DNA from: Patescibacteria group bacterium
GTDB taxonomy: Bacteria > Patescibacteriota > Minisyncoccia > UBA6257 > 2-01-FULL-56-20
Assembly (NCBI GenBank): GCA_028865305.1
Contig: JAGWKM010000003.1
Span: 4,820-68,819, forward strand
DNA length: 64,000 nt
Reading direction: 5' to 3'
Shown here: in pieces, positions 34,893 through 43,633 of the stretch
How the letters are laid out: every line of letters begins with the position of its first letter
How positions within the stretch are numbered: position 1 is the stretch's first letter
The notes under the pieces: generated by a model
The model's database searches: none
What the model was told of the DNA's origin: nothing
Seen by the model: the letters and a program-made list of their open reading frames with translations, nothing else
Position numbers and translations under genes: made by a program

Positions 34893-35402
34893 ATGGAACT
34901 CGATCCGCGGTTACATTTTGTAGTGGTGACGGGGATTGTGGCGAAGTTGGAAAATGGGACGCCAAAATTCCTGATCGCGAAGCGCGCACCGACGGAAAAA
35001 GCGTTCCCGAACAAATGGACCGTGCCGGGCGGCAAGCTCGTGCGGACCGAATATGAAAATTTGCCCAAGCGGCCGTATGTGGAAGGCCAGAAGCCGAGCG
35101 AGGCGCCGCAGTGGTATAACCTGGTTGAATGGGTGTTGCGGAAGGAAGTGATGGAAGAAGTGAACGTCGAAATCGAATCGCCGAAATATCTGACTGATCT
35201 TGTCTTTATCCGCCCCGACGGTTATCCCGTCGCCACGCTTTCCTATTGGGCGATGTACAAATCCGGAGACCCCAAGCCGGGCAAGGATTTAACGGAGGTG
35301 GCCTGGGTCACCGCCGCCGAGGCGAAGCAGCATGACATGATAGAGGGCATTCCGGAGGAAATCGCGGAGGTGGAGAGGATAATTGTAGAACGTATAATGT
35401 AG
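34893..35402 (+). CDS. NUDIX hydrolase
   Basis: WTVPGGKL ... LRKEVMEEVNVEI form a Nudix box split by an insertion. Confidence 0.7.
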   Translation: MELDPRLHFVVVTGIVAKLENGTPKFLIAKRAPTEKAFPNKWTVPGGKLVRTEYENLPKRPYVEGQKPSEAPQWYNLVEWVLRKEVMEEVNVEIESPKYLTDLVFIRPDGYPVATLSYWAMYKSGDPKPGKDLTEVAWVTAAEAKQHDMIEGIPEEIAEVERIIVERIM

Positions 35403-35416
35403 AATGTAGAATGGGA
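35383..35416. repeat. Purine-type half-arm of a heptad palindrome (left flank of 4HB cassette 1)
   Basis: ttgtagaacgtataatgtagaatgtagaatggg. Contains the NUDIX stop TAG. Confidence 0.8.
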
Positions 35417-35438
35417 TTAAAAAATTATTAAATAACTT

Positions 35439-35467
35439 TTGCAGACTTCAGATCCACATGCTATGAA
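35439..35467 (+). promoter_or_regulatory. Cassette-borne promoter TTGCAG-N17-TATGAA, 6 nt before ATG 35474 (leaderless)
   Basis: Read directly. Homologous in position to the promoter of the second cassette (38887-38914). Confidence 0.55.
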
Positions 35468-35473
35468 TGGCAT

Positions 35474-35881
35474 ATGGCAACTCAAAAAATTGAACAATTT
35501 ACCGATCTCAACGCATGGAAAGAATCTCACAAATTAGCCTTATTTGTTTATAAAGCAACAAAAATCTTCCCCAAGGAAGAAATGTTTGGGTTAGCGAACC
35601 AGATGAGACGGGCCGCCGTCTCGATCACTTCAAATATTGCTGAAGGATTCGGAAGGCGAAGCAGCAAGGAAAAGCTCCAGTTTTATTATCTTTCCAAGGG
35701 TTCTTTAAACGAAGAAAAGAACCAGCTTTTAATATCCCGTGATGTCGGATATTTGGAAAACGATCTTTTTACAGAAGGTATGAAGCAAGCCAATATTGCG
35801 GATCAATTATTACAAGGATTAATTCGTTCTGCGGCATTGAGGACTGGCTCTTATTTCCGTAATAATACCTCCAGCCACTGA
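35474..35881 (+). CDS. Four-helix-bundle protein (23S rRNA intervening-sequence protein / Avd-like family), copy 1
   Basis: FTDLNAWKESHKLALFVYKATKIFPKEEMFGLANQMRRAAVSITSNIAEGFGRRS.KE...FYYLSKGSLNE is the TIGR02436/PF05635 signature. AT-rich. Confidence 0.85.
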   Translation: MATQKIEQFTDLNAWKESHKLALFVYKATKIFPKEEMFGLANQMRRAAVSITSNIAEGFGRRSSKEKLQFYYLSKGSLNEEKNQLLISRDVGYLENDLFTEGMKQANIADQLLQGLIRSAALRTGSYFRNNTSSH

Positions 35882-36459
35882 ACGCCCCGCAATTCCTGCA
35901 GCCCATTTTTGACGATGATAAATTTTCCAGCCAGTTCTTCTATATCTTTTTGAGAGTAGAAATAAAACATCCTTTTTCCAAACTTGTCCTCCTTCAATAT
36001 TTTTTCGTAATTATCCTTATGCTTTAAAGAAATGCGCATTGCGCCGCCTTCATTAAGTGCCGCATATGAATGCGCCAGGATCTCTTTCAAGCTTTCCTTT
36101 GGTACATGAAGCAGCGAAGCAAAGGCAAAAATTATATCCAAACCATCCGGGAAAAAAAAGTTTTCTATGTCCGCAACCTCAAACCGGCCGTTTGGCACTT
36201 TCCTTTTGGCGAGCGCAATCATCCCTTCGGAAATATCTATGCCTAGATAATCATTCGTTTCCTTGATAATTTCCTCTGTGTCCCTGCCATTCCCGCAGCC
36301 GATTTCCAGAATTTTCGGATTTATTTTATCTACAAGCTGAAAGGTTTCTCTTATATCAGAAATCCGCACTCCTATTTCATCAAATTTGGCAGCGAGCTGA
36401 TGCGCGCTATTATTGTAAGCATCAACCGTTTGCGATTTTTCCTCCTGAAAATTATTCAT
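35851..36459 (-). CDS. Class I SAM-dependent methyltransferase
   Basis: ILEIGCGNGRDT (motif I) and LDIIFAFASLLH. Its 3' end overlaps the 4HB gene by 31 nt (convergent). AT-rich. Confidence 0.8.
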   Translation of the reverse strand: MNNFQEEKSQTVDAYNNSAHQLAAKFDEIGVRISDIRETFQLVDKINPKILEIGCGNGRDTEEIIKETNDYLGIDISEGMIALAKRKVPNGRFEVADIENFFFPDGLDIIFAFASLLHVPKESLKEILAHSYAALNEGGAMRISLKHKDNYEKILKEDKFGKRMFYFYSQKDIEELAGKFIIVKNGLQELRGVQWLEVLLRK

Positions 36460-36506
36460 GATTTTCAACTGAATATGGGATGAAACGTAGAATACAAAAA
36501 GAGTCC

Positions 36507-36540
36507 GCCCATTATACATTCTCCATTATACATTCTTCCT
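36507..36540. repeat. Pyrimidine-type half-arm of a heptad palindrome (right flank of 4HB cassette 1)
   Basis: gcccattatacattctccattatacattcttcc. Contains the prfA stop (TAA on the minus strand, 36526-36528). Confidence 0.8.
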
Positions 36541-37260
36541 TTCCAAAAACGCTTTCACGATGGGATCCATATCACCTTCTAAAATCTTTTCAATATTATG
36601 CCATTTTTTGCCGATGCGGTGGTCGGTGATGCGATCGTCGGGGAAGTTGTAAGTGCGGATTTTTTCGGAGCGGTCGGCGGAGCCGATTTGCTCGCGGCGG
36701 AGGTCGGTGACGGAACCGGTGGCCCGTTGCTGTTCGATCTCCCAGAGCTTGGCGCGCAGGATGTCGAGCGCCTTTTCGCGGTTTGCGTGTTGGGAGCGTT
36801 CTTCACGCGAGCTGACGACGATGCCGGTGGGTTTGTGCAGGATGCGCACGGCAGTTTCCACTTTGTTGACGTTTTGGCCGCCAGGGCCGCCGGCGCGCGA
36901 GAAAGTGACTTCGAGGTCGTTCGGATTGATGTTCACTTCGCGCGCCTCGACGATCGGCAAGACCGCGACCGAGGCCGTTGAAGTGTGCACGCGCCCGGAT
37001 TTTTCGGTCGAGGGCACCCGCTGTACGCGATGCACGCCGGATTCATATTGGAAGGCCTCATAGCTGCCCTGGCCTTCGATTTCCGCCACGAGAGATTTGA
37101 ACCCGTTCAAGGTGCTTTCATTTTTATCGAGAACCGAAAACCGCCAGCCGCGTTTAGCCGCATAGCGCTGGTACATCCGACCCAGGTCTCCGGCAAAAAG
37201 CGACGCCTCATCGCCGCCCGCCCCCGCCCGGATTTCAAGAATAAGCTTGTTGGTGGTCAT
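36526..37260 (-). CDS. prfA: Peptide chain release factor 1-type protein lacking N-terminal domain 1
   Basis: Starts at [26 protein letters not shown], which aligns with E. coli RF1 around residue 107. Has the [17 protein letters not shown] (PxT-type tripeptide), [20 protein letters not shown] (GGQ) and [15 protein letters not shown] motifs. Confidence 0.8.
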   Translation of the reverse strand: MTTNKLILEIRAGAGGDEASLFAGDLGRMYQRYAAKRGWRFSVLDKNESTLNGFKSLVAEIEGQGSYEAFQYESGVHRVQRVPSTEKSGRVHTSTASVAVLPIVEAREVNINPNDLEVTFSRAGGPGGQNVNKVETAVRILHKPTGIVVSSREERSQHANREKALDILRAKLWEIEQQRATGSVTDLRREQIGSADRSEKIRTYNFPDDRITDHRIGKKWHNIEKILEGDMDPIVKAFLERKNV

Positions 37261-37298
37261 TTGAGCATTATGATATCTAAAATCTATAATTTCGGCAA

Positions 37299-37324
37299 CA
37301 AAAAAATCCCTCACGGGGAGGGAT
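37299..37324 (-). terminator. Intrinsic terminator (minus strand) between the membrane protein gene and prfA
   Basis: The minus strand reads ATCCCTCC-CCGT-GAGGGAT followed by TTTTTTT. Confidence 0.75.
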
Positions 37325-37346
37325 GGGATTGTAAACGACCGGATAT

Positions 37347-38075
37347 TCAACTTTCTTCCGGCTTGGCCGCGAAACATGGCGCAGTTTCTCTTTTCGGTTT
37401 GCCTTCGGTCGCGGCGAAAAGCATCCGCTCGACCCTGCGCTTCAGGAGATGCGCGGTTGCGAGGAAAAAAACCGTGATGCCGATCAAGCTCCACAGCAGC
37501 TTTGGCTCCGCCGGAAAAAACAATCCAAGCAAAGCAAAGGATGCCATTTTGAGGAGGTTGCCGGCGAGGAGCGAGCGGTATGCCCGCCACTCATCCAATT
37601 TGAAATTCAAAGCATAATTTACGCCGACCGGGATACAGCCGGGATAGAGGCCGAAGAAGAACAGCGGCCGGTAATAGCGGGCCGATCTTCTTGCGGCTGC
37701 TGTGTCGAGCGTGCCGACGGGTTTCGGCACGTAGCGGTTATCAAGCCAGCGCAGGACGCCGTGCAATTTCCGGATCCACGAAGAGGAGATCCTTTTCGGA
37801 TTGGCCCGCCTCATCCACGAGAACAGCGGGAAATACGAAAAGGTGTCATAGCTGCTGCAAGCGGCCGCCATGCAAAACGCCGTCGGGCTCGCGAAACCGT
37901 GGAGCCGCCAGAATCCGAGTGATGCTTCGCCGTTCACAAACGTGAGGAGAAGGTTCAATCCATATTTTGCATGGATGCTGAAAGCGGCAACGACGGCCGC
38001 AAGCGCCGCGATGGAGATAGCGGTCCAGATTCTCATTGCCGTTTTCGGCACAAGTCCTCCTAAGATTGGAATCAA
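37347..38075 (-). CDS. Polytopic membrane protein, family not recognised
   Basis: 242-aa hydrophobic ORF followed by a terminator. Start may be at internal Met 38036. Confidence 0.55.
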   Translation of the reverse strand: MIPILGGLVPKTAMRIWTAISIAALAAVVAAFSIHAKYGLNLLLTFVNGEASLGFWRLHGFASPTAFCMAAACSSYDTFSYFPLFSWMRRANPKRISSSWIRKLHGVLRWLDNRYVPKPVGTLDTAAARRSARYYRPLFFFGLYPGCIPVGVNYALNFKLDEWRAYRSLLAGNLLKMASFALLGLFFPAEPKLLWSLIGITVFFLATAHLLKRRVERMLFAATEGKPKRETAPCFAAKPEES

Positions 38076-38120
38076 GAAAACTGGTTGTAAGTATAGAAGA
38101 TATTGTTTAAAATATCCATT

Positions 38121-38879
38121 ATGATTTCATTTTCGGGCGTGACGAAGTCCTATGGCAAAGGCAAAAAGCTACGGACCGTGGTGGACGATTTCACGCTGGA
38201 TGTCGACGTGCCGATTTTCGGCTTTTTAGGGCAAAACGGGGCTGGGAAGACGACTATCATGAAAATGACGGTAGGATTGCTCATGCCGACTGCGGGAACG
38301 ATCGGGATTGACGGCGTCCCGTCGCAAAGCGCCGCGGCAAAGTCCAAAATTGGCTTCATGCCCGAAACACCGTATTTTTATGAGCGGATGACGGGAATTG
38401 ATTTCCTGCGGTTCTGCGATGAACTGTATGGCAGCCCCGAAAAGGACCATCGGGGGCGCTACGAAACCATTCTGAAAAAAGTCGGCATTTTCGAGGCGCG
38501 CAGCCAGGAGATCCGCACCTATTCAAAGGGCATGCGCCAGCGGTTGGGGTTTGCGCAAGCGCTCGTGAACGATCCGGAATACCTGTTTTTGGATGAGCCG
38601 CTCGACGGCCTGGATCCGCTCGGCCGGCGCGAGATGAAGGCGGTGATGTTGCGGCTGAAAAGCGAAGGCCGGAAGATTTTTCTCAATACCCACATCCTCT
38701 ATGATGTCGAAGAGATCTGTGACGAGGTGGGTATCATTCACGAAGGGAAATTATTATACGCCGGCGGCGTGAAGGAATTTTGCGCGGGGAAGCCGCTCGA
38801 GGAGCGGTTTGTGGAAACGGTCACGGGTGCGAAGAATGGAGTACGGAGAATGGAGAATGAATTATTAAAAATTCATTAA
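38121..38879 (+). CDS. ABC transporter ATP-binding protein
   Basis: Walker A GQNGAGKTT, signature YSKGMRQRLGFA and Walker B LFLDEPLDGLD. The C-terminal tail GAKNGVRRMENELLKIH is encoded by a heptad array plus the cassette edge. Confidence 0.88.
   Translation: MISFSGVTKSYGKGKKLRTVVDDFTLDVDVPIFGFLGQNGAGKTTIMKMTVGLLMPTAGTIGIDGVPSQSAAAKSKIGFMPETPYFYERMTGIDFLRFCDELYGSPEKDHRGRYETILKKVGIFEARSQEIRTYSKGMRQRLGFAQALVNDPEYLFLDEPLDGLDPLGRREMKAVMLRLKSEGRKIFLNTHILYDVEEICDEVGIIHEGKLLYAGGVKEFCAGKPLEERFVETVTGAKNGVRRMENELLKIH
38829..38866. repeat. GAGAATG-type purine arm at the left flank of 4HB cassette 2
   Basis: gcgaagaatggagtacggagaatggagaatgaatt. Confidence 0.8.
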
Positions 38880-38886
38880 ATAACAT

Positions 38887-38914
38887 TTGCAAATTAAAAC
38901 GCACATGCTATGAC
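38887..38914 (+). promoter_or_regulatory. Cassette-borne promoter TTGCAA-N16-TATGAC, 6 nt before GTG 38921 (leaderless)
   Basis: Read directly. The flanking sequence ATTAAATAAC.TTTGCA......CACATGCTATGA is shared with cassette 1. Confidence 0.55.
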
Positions 38915-38920
38915 GAAGAT

Positions 38921-39289
38921 GTGGAAAATAGAATCAAAAAGTTTACCGATCTCAACGCATGGAGAGAAGCCCATAAGCTTGTTTTGTATATTTATAGAAT
39001 TACAAGGTCGTTTCCTAAAGAGGAAATTTTTGGTTTAACAAATCAAATGAGACGGGCAGCTGTATCTATAACTTCAAATATTGCAGAGGGATTTGGAAGA
39101 CGCAGTTTTAAGGACAAAGCACGGTTTTATTATTTGGCAAAGGGATCGATAAACGAAGAGAAAAATCAAATTTTGATTTCTCATGACATCGATTATTTAT
39201 GCGATGCTGAATTTCAGGAAGGTATACAGCAGGCTGACATTGCAGATCAACTTTTACAGGGTTTAATTAATTCAACAGAAAAAGGATAA
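38921..39289 (+). CDS. Four-helix-bundle protein (23S rRNA IVS / Avd-like family), copy 2
   Basis: FTDLNAWREAHKLVLYIYRITRSFPKEEIFGLTNQMRRAAVSITSNIAEGFGRRS. Paralogue of the 35474 gene with high identity by eye. AT-rich; GTG start. Confidence 0.85.
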   Translation: MENRIKKFTDLNAWREAHKLVLYIYRITRSFPKEEIFGLTNQMRRAAVSITSNIAEGFGRRSFKDKARFYYLAKGSINEEKNQILISHDIDYLCDAEFQEGIQQADIADQLLQGLINSTEKG

Positions 39290-39290
39290 T

Positions 39291-39354
39291 GATGGAGGTG
39301 GAATTGGGGTGATTTTATCCCATTCTCCATTCTCCATTCTCTATCCTCCATCCC
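39291..39354. repeat. Heptad hairpin / pyrimidine arm at the right flank of 4HB cassette 2
   Basis: gatggaggtggaattggggtgattttatcccattctccattctccattctctatcctccatccc ends at the base before ATG 39355. Confidence 0.8.
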
Positions 39355-40119
39355 ATGCGCAACATCTGGATTATCGCCAAAAACACTTTTAAGCTTGAGA
39401 TCAAAGACCGCATCTGGATCGGCATCCTGGTCTTCGGCATTTTTTACGTCGTGCTCACCTTGTTCCTTTCCGACCTGGTCCTCCGCGAACTGCCCATGGT
39501 GAAAAGTTTCGGCCTTACCGGCATTTATTTCTTCAACGCGATCGTGGCGCTTTTCCTCGGCACGACGTCGTTCTACAAAGATGTGGACCGCAAGACGGTT
39601 TACTTCATCCTATCGAAGCCGGTGTCGCGCGCGCAGTTTCTGGCGGGAAAATTCCTCGGGCTCTGCCTGCTGCTTTTCGTCACGACCGCCATTTTGGCCG
39701 TCGGCTATTTGGCCGTCATCGCCTGGAATGGCGGCGGGTTTGACGCGATCGGTTTGCTTGCGATTGCGATGCAATTCTTGGAAATGGCGCTTTTTGTGGC
39801 GTTCGCGATTTTCGTCTCGACGTTTTCGAGCTCGCTGCTTTCGATCGTTTACACCTCCGCCGTTTTTTTCCTCGGCCATATCGTGAGCGCGCTTCTCGCT
39901 GATGCGCGCGAACTTGGCCTCGGCGGCATCCAATATTTCTTCGTGCAGGTTTTGTATTACGTATTCCCGAACCTTGAGAAATTCGACCTCCGCGGCATGG
40001 CAGTGCATGCCGTCGCGCTGCCCGGCGATGCATTCGTGCTGGCGCTCATTTACGCCGCCGCATATATCGCGCTGCTCTTAATGGCAAGCATGTGGGTGTT
40101 TGAGAAGAAAGAGATTTGA
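39355..40119 (+). CDS. ABC-2-type transporter permease
   Basis: Six TM segments. Position and size fit a permease partner of the 38121 ATPase. Confidence 0.7.
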   Translation: MRNIWIIAKNTFKLEIKDRIWIGILVFGIFYVVLTLFLSDLVLRELPMVKSFGLTGIYFFNAIVALFLGTTSFYKDVDRKTVYFILSKPVSRAQFLAGKFLGLCLLLFVTTAILAVGYLAVIAWNGGGFDAIGLLAIAMQFLEMALFVAFAIFVSTFSSSLLSIVYTSAVFFLGHIVSALLADARELGLGGIQYFFVQVLYYVFPNLEKFDLRGMAVHAVALPGDAFVLALIYAAAYIALLLMASMWVFEKKEI

Positions 40120-40128
40120 TGTGAATGA

Positions 40129-40214
40129 CTAATTAATAATTAATAACGAATGCCCAATATCGGAATGCCCAACGGATATTATGCATTGGACATTCGTTAT
40201 TAATTATTAATTAG
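40129..40214. repeat. Family-A element, copy A3 (hairpin module only)
   Basis: Perfect 24-bp inverted repeat CTAATTAATAATTAATAACGAATG / CATTCGTTATTAATTATTAATTAG with a 38-nt loop. Confidence 0.9.
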
Positions 40215-40233
40215 ACATTAGCCATTTCAAAAA

Positions 40234-41085
40234 ATGTCCGCCATTTTTTATCGCACCACCGCCCTCATCCTCCTTCTCCTCGCCGTCACTTCCGCCCAGT
40301 TTTATTACGACGTCGCGAAGCTGCCCGGCGTCCGATGTTCTTCCGCCGACCGCGACTGCCAGACGGTGTTTTCGCCCGAGGCCATCCGCCTCATCGACCT
40401 CGGCTTCAACGCAACCATCGGCTCATTCCTCTGGGCCGGCACCATGCCGGAGATTTTGGACCTCTTTTTAAACGATAAAACCGAATATATTCCCGATGTC
40501 CGCTATATAAACGCGGTCGACCCGAAGCTCAGCTATCCGTACGCGTTTTCAGTGCTCACGTTGCCGGCCATTTCAACGGCCACGTATCCGCAGGCGATCA
40601 CCGAAGCGCAACGGATCGGCGAGCGGGGATTGTTGCACGCCGACCCGGACTGGCGTATTCCGTATTACATGGCCATCAATTATTTCCTTGAGCTGAAGGA
40701 CGGCGAGGATGCCTTGAAATATTTCGATATTGCCGCACAGACGCCGGGCATTCCGGATTTCGCCAAACGGTTCGCGGAAAATTTCGGCATCGGCGCGAAC
40801 GACCGGAAGAAGGTGGAAGAACTTTGGGCAACCATCCGCGACTCGACAAACGATCCGGATACGAAAGCGCGCGCGCAGGCGTATATCGACCGGTTGCAGA
40901 TATTCGATTATCTGGAGGCCGCGGCGAAAGTTTATAAGCAGCGCTTCGGTTCGTGGCCGGCCGCGCCGCAAGTTATGGCGGATAAAGGCATCATCCCGTT
41001 CGTGCCGCAGGACCCGTTCGGTTATACGTTTATCATCAATAAAGACGGTTCGGCGGGAATAAATGTGAATAAGTATCCGGGGTAG
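40234..41085 (+). CDS. Membrane-anchored hypothetical protein (helical-repeat-like)
   Basis: N-terminal TM ALILLLLAVTSA. The remainder is helix-rich with no recognised motif. Confidence 0.55.
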   Translation: MSAIFYRTTALILLLLAVTSAQFYYDVAKLPGVRCSSADRDCQTVFSPEAIRLIDLGFNATIGSFLWAGTMPEILDLFLNDKTEYIPDVRYINAVDPKLSYPYAFSVLTLPAISTATYPQAITEAQRIGERGLLHADPDWRIPYYMAINYFLELKDGEDALKYFDIAAQTPGIPDFAKRFAENFGIGANDRKKVEELWATIRDSTNDPDTKARAQAYIDRLQIFDYLEAAAKVYKQRFGSWPAAPQVMADKGIIPFVPQDPFGYTFIINKDGSAGINVNKYPG

Positions 41086-41229
41086 CGAGCGGTTTCAGGT
41101 TCGTGATTTTCAATCAATGATCAATGAGCCAGTGCTTCAATTGGAGACTGAAAATTGAAAAATAAAATATTCTCCAATAAAAATGCCCGGGCGTGCGGCT
41201 CGGGCAGGAGAGTGGAGGAATAACGGGAG

Positions 41230-41592
41230 TCAGGCATTTTGGCATACGGGAACGCCTTCGGGCCGCGGCGCCGTCCATTCGACTTCGGATCCGTCTGGAA
41301 GGACGAAAACATTCGTGCCGCCGGCGTTGTAGGCCACGGTTGGGAAATCGAAGCCCCGCTCCCTCAGAAAACAGTGTATCTCCGGGCCAAAGCAACCGTC
41401 TCTCACGCTTTGGCAATAGTTCGTTTGCAGTCGCCTTATGAAGGAAACCGCGATATCATCGTAGCGTTGATAGTTGAATTCGCCGCGACGAGAGAGCCCT
41501 TGGCCGATGCATATACCATGGATCACCGCGAGAAATTGCGCGACCGCTTCTCCGCGCGACCCTTTTCCAAACCGTTTCGGCAACCGTTCCAA
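41230..41592 (-). CDS. Hypothetical protein (120 aa)
   Basis: TTG start preceded by GAGGAG at ~10 nt. Terminator-like hairpin downstream on the minus strand. Confidence 0.4.
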   Translation of the reverse strand: MERLPKRFGKGSRGEAVAQFLAVIHGICIGQGLSRRGEFNYQRYDDIAVSFIRRLQTNYCQSVRDGCFGPEIHCFLRERGFDFPTVAYNAGGTNVFVLPDGSEVEWTAPRPEGVPVCQNA

Positions 41593-41680
41593 TTTTATTT
41601 TTCTCCTCAGAAAAAAAATTTGGTGCTACTTCATTTATAACCGCCGTCGTTTCATTTGTCAAAAGAATCGCGTGTTCAGC

Positions 41681-41755
41681 TTTGGGATTTGGTCATTGGG
41701 ATTTGGGATTTGGTTAGGTCAATTAGGTCGATTAGAGTAATTAGATTAATTAGCC
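41681..41755. repeat. Degenerate heptad-periodic tract (TGGGATT ... TTAATTA)
   Basis: tttgggatttggtcattgggatttgggatttggttaggtcaattaggtcgattagagtaattagattaattagcc. Confidence 0.7.
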
Positions 41756-41800
41756 GAACTCCATCAGGGGTTCATCGAAGCACATGCTATAATGAACCCC

Positions 41801-43633
41801 ATGTCTTTGCTTTGGAGCTACATCCGGCGTTATAAAAAGACGCTTGCGCTCACCCTGGCCCTTGCAATGGTGAACACCGTGTTTTCGCTCGTCGACCCGC
41901 AGATTTTCCGCATCATCGTCGATGATTACATCACAAAAATCGGCCAGATTTCACGGGGCGATTTCATCCGCGGCGTCCTGCTCCTCCTCTTCGCCTCCGT
42001 CGGCGCCGCGCTCATCTCGCGCATCGCAAAAAACTTTCAGCAGTATTACGAGAATGTCGTGACCCAGCGCGTTGGTACCGAGCTCTACGCCTACAGCGTG
42101 AAACACTCCTTCTCCTTGCCGTACGCCGTCTTCGAGGACCAGCGCTCCGGCGAACTGCTCCAAAAGCTCCAAAAGGCGCGGCTCGACAGCCAGCAGCTTA
42201 TCTTGAGTTTCATTGACATCGTGTTTGTGGCGCTCGTCGGCATCGTCGCGGTTCTCGCATACGCGTTCTATGTGCATTGGCTGATCGGCCTGCTTTATTT
42301 CCTCATCATCCCGATCCTTGGCGGCGTCCTCTTTTTCCTCGGCCGCAAAATCAAATCCATCCAGAAAAGCATCGTCGTTGAATCCGCAAACCTCGCCGGT
42401 TCCACCACCGAAACGCTCCGCAACGTCGAGCTCGTGAAAAGTTTGGGGCTCGATGACCAGGAAACGCGGCGGCTGAATGCGGTGAACGACAAAGTGCTCC
42501 AGCTCGAGCTCTCAAAGCTCACCGTCATCCGCAAGTTAAGCTTCACGCAAGGCACCATCGTGAACGCCATGCGGTCGCTCATCCTTTTCACGATGCTTTA
42601 TCTCATTTTCCTCGGCCACGTGTCGCTCGGCGAATTCCTCACGCTCTGGTTCTATTCGTTCTTTATCTTCCAGCCGCTCGGCGACATCGGCACCGTGGCG
42701 GCGCAATACCAGGAGGCGAAAGGCAGTTTGGAAAAGTTAAAGGAAATCTTGACGATACCGCCGGAGGAAAAGCCGGGCAATCCGGTGGATGTCGGTCAGT
42801 TGAAATCAATCCAGTTCCAAAACGTTGAATTCAGTTATCAGAGCAATTCCGTGCCGGCGGTGAAAAACATCAATCTCGAAATCCGGAGCGGCGAAACCGT
42901 CGCCTTCGCCGGCTATTCAGGTTCCGGCAAAACAACACTCGTGAAATTACTCGTCGGGCTCTACCGGTCAACGAAAGGGGACATCATGATAAACGGCGTC
43001 CGCGGCCTCGACATCGACTTCGATCTTTTGCGCCGCCGCATCGGCTACGTTTCGCAGGAAACGCAACTCTTCGCCGGCACGTTGCGCGAGAATCTATTAT
43101 TCGTCCAGCCCGACGCAACCGATGAAGATTGCTGGGAAGCGTTACGCGCGGCGTCAGTCACCGGCATCGCCGACCGCCCTCCGGTCGTGTTTGGGGTAGG
43201 CGGCGGGAAAGGTTTGGAAACCCGCATCGGCGAAGGTGGCATCAAAATATCCGGTGGCGAACGGCAGCGGCTTGCCATCGCGCGCGCCCTTTTGCGCAAA
43301 CCCGATTTGATCATCTTCGATGAAGCAACGTCGAGCTTAGATTCCATCACCGAGCGCTCCATTACAAAAACCATTAAAGACATCGCCGCTTCGCGTCCGA
43401 ATCTCATCACCGTCATGGTCGCGCACCGCCTCTCGACGATCTCCCACGCCGACGAAATCTACGTCCTCCAAAAAGGCAGTATCCTCGAGCACGGCCCCCA
43501 CGAAAAAATCCTCAAGCACAAAGACGGCCTCTATACCGCACTCTGGAAAGAGCAAAGCGGCGGAGGAGGGGAAGAGCGCGATGAAGTTGAAGACCGCCTT
43601 CCCCGCGTTGAAACCACCAAGCAGGGAGTATAA
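41801..43633 (+). CDS. ABC exporter, fused permease/ATPase (MsbA-like type I)
   Basis: Six-TM N-terminal half, then GYSGSGKTTL, ISGGERQRLAIARAL and LIIFDEATSSLD. The extended -10 aTGcTATAAT (41785-41793) favours leaderless ATG 41801 over ATG 41792. Confidence 0.88.
   Translation: MSLLWSYIRRYKKTLALTLALAMVNTVFSLVDPQIFRIIVDDYITKIGQISRGDFIRGVLLLLFASVGAALISRIAKNFQQYYENVVTQRVGTELYAYSVKHSFSLPYAVFEDQRSGELLQKLQKARLDSQQLILSFIDIVFVALVGIVAVLAYAFYVHWLIGLLYFLIIPILGGVLFFLGRKIKSIQKSIVVESANLAGSTTETLRNVELVKSLGLDDQETRRLNAVNDKVLQLELSKLTVIRKLSFTQGTIVNAMRSLILFTMLYLIFLGHVSLGEFLTLWFYSFFIFQPLGDIGTVAAQYQEAKGSLEKLKEILTIPPEEKPGNPVDVGQLKSIQFQNVEFSYQSNSVPAVKNINLEIRSGETVAFAGYSGSGKTTLVKLLVGLYRSTKGDIMINGVRGLDIDFDLLRRRIGYVSQETQLFAGTLRENLLFVQPDATDEDCWEALRAASVTGIADRPPVVFGVGGGKGLETRIGEGGIKISGGERQRLAIARALLRKPDLIIFDEATSSLDSITERSITKTIKDIAASRPNLITVMVAHRLSTISHADEIYVLQKGSILEHGPHEKILKHKDGLYTALWKEQSGGGGEERDEVEDRLPRVETTKQGV

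Noticed and set aside
36526-37590. 354-aa version of the release factor ORF
   Set aside because: The extra 110 codons overlap the 3' end of the neighbouring membrane gene and cross a terminator and a promoter. The sequence is Arg/Pro-rich and unlike RF domain 1.
35474-39289. Diversity-generating retroelement, because Avd-like 4HB genes are present
   Set aside because: No reverse transcriptase ORF and no template/variable repeat pair (adenine-specific mismatches) is visible anywhere in the window.
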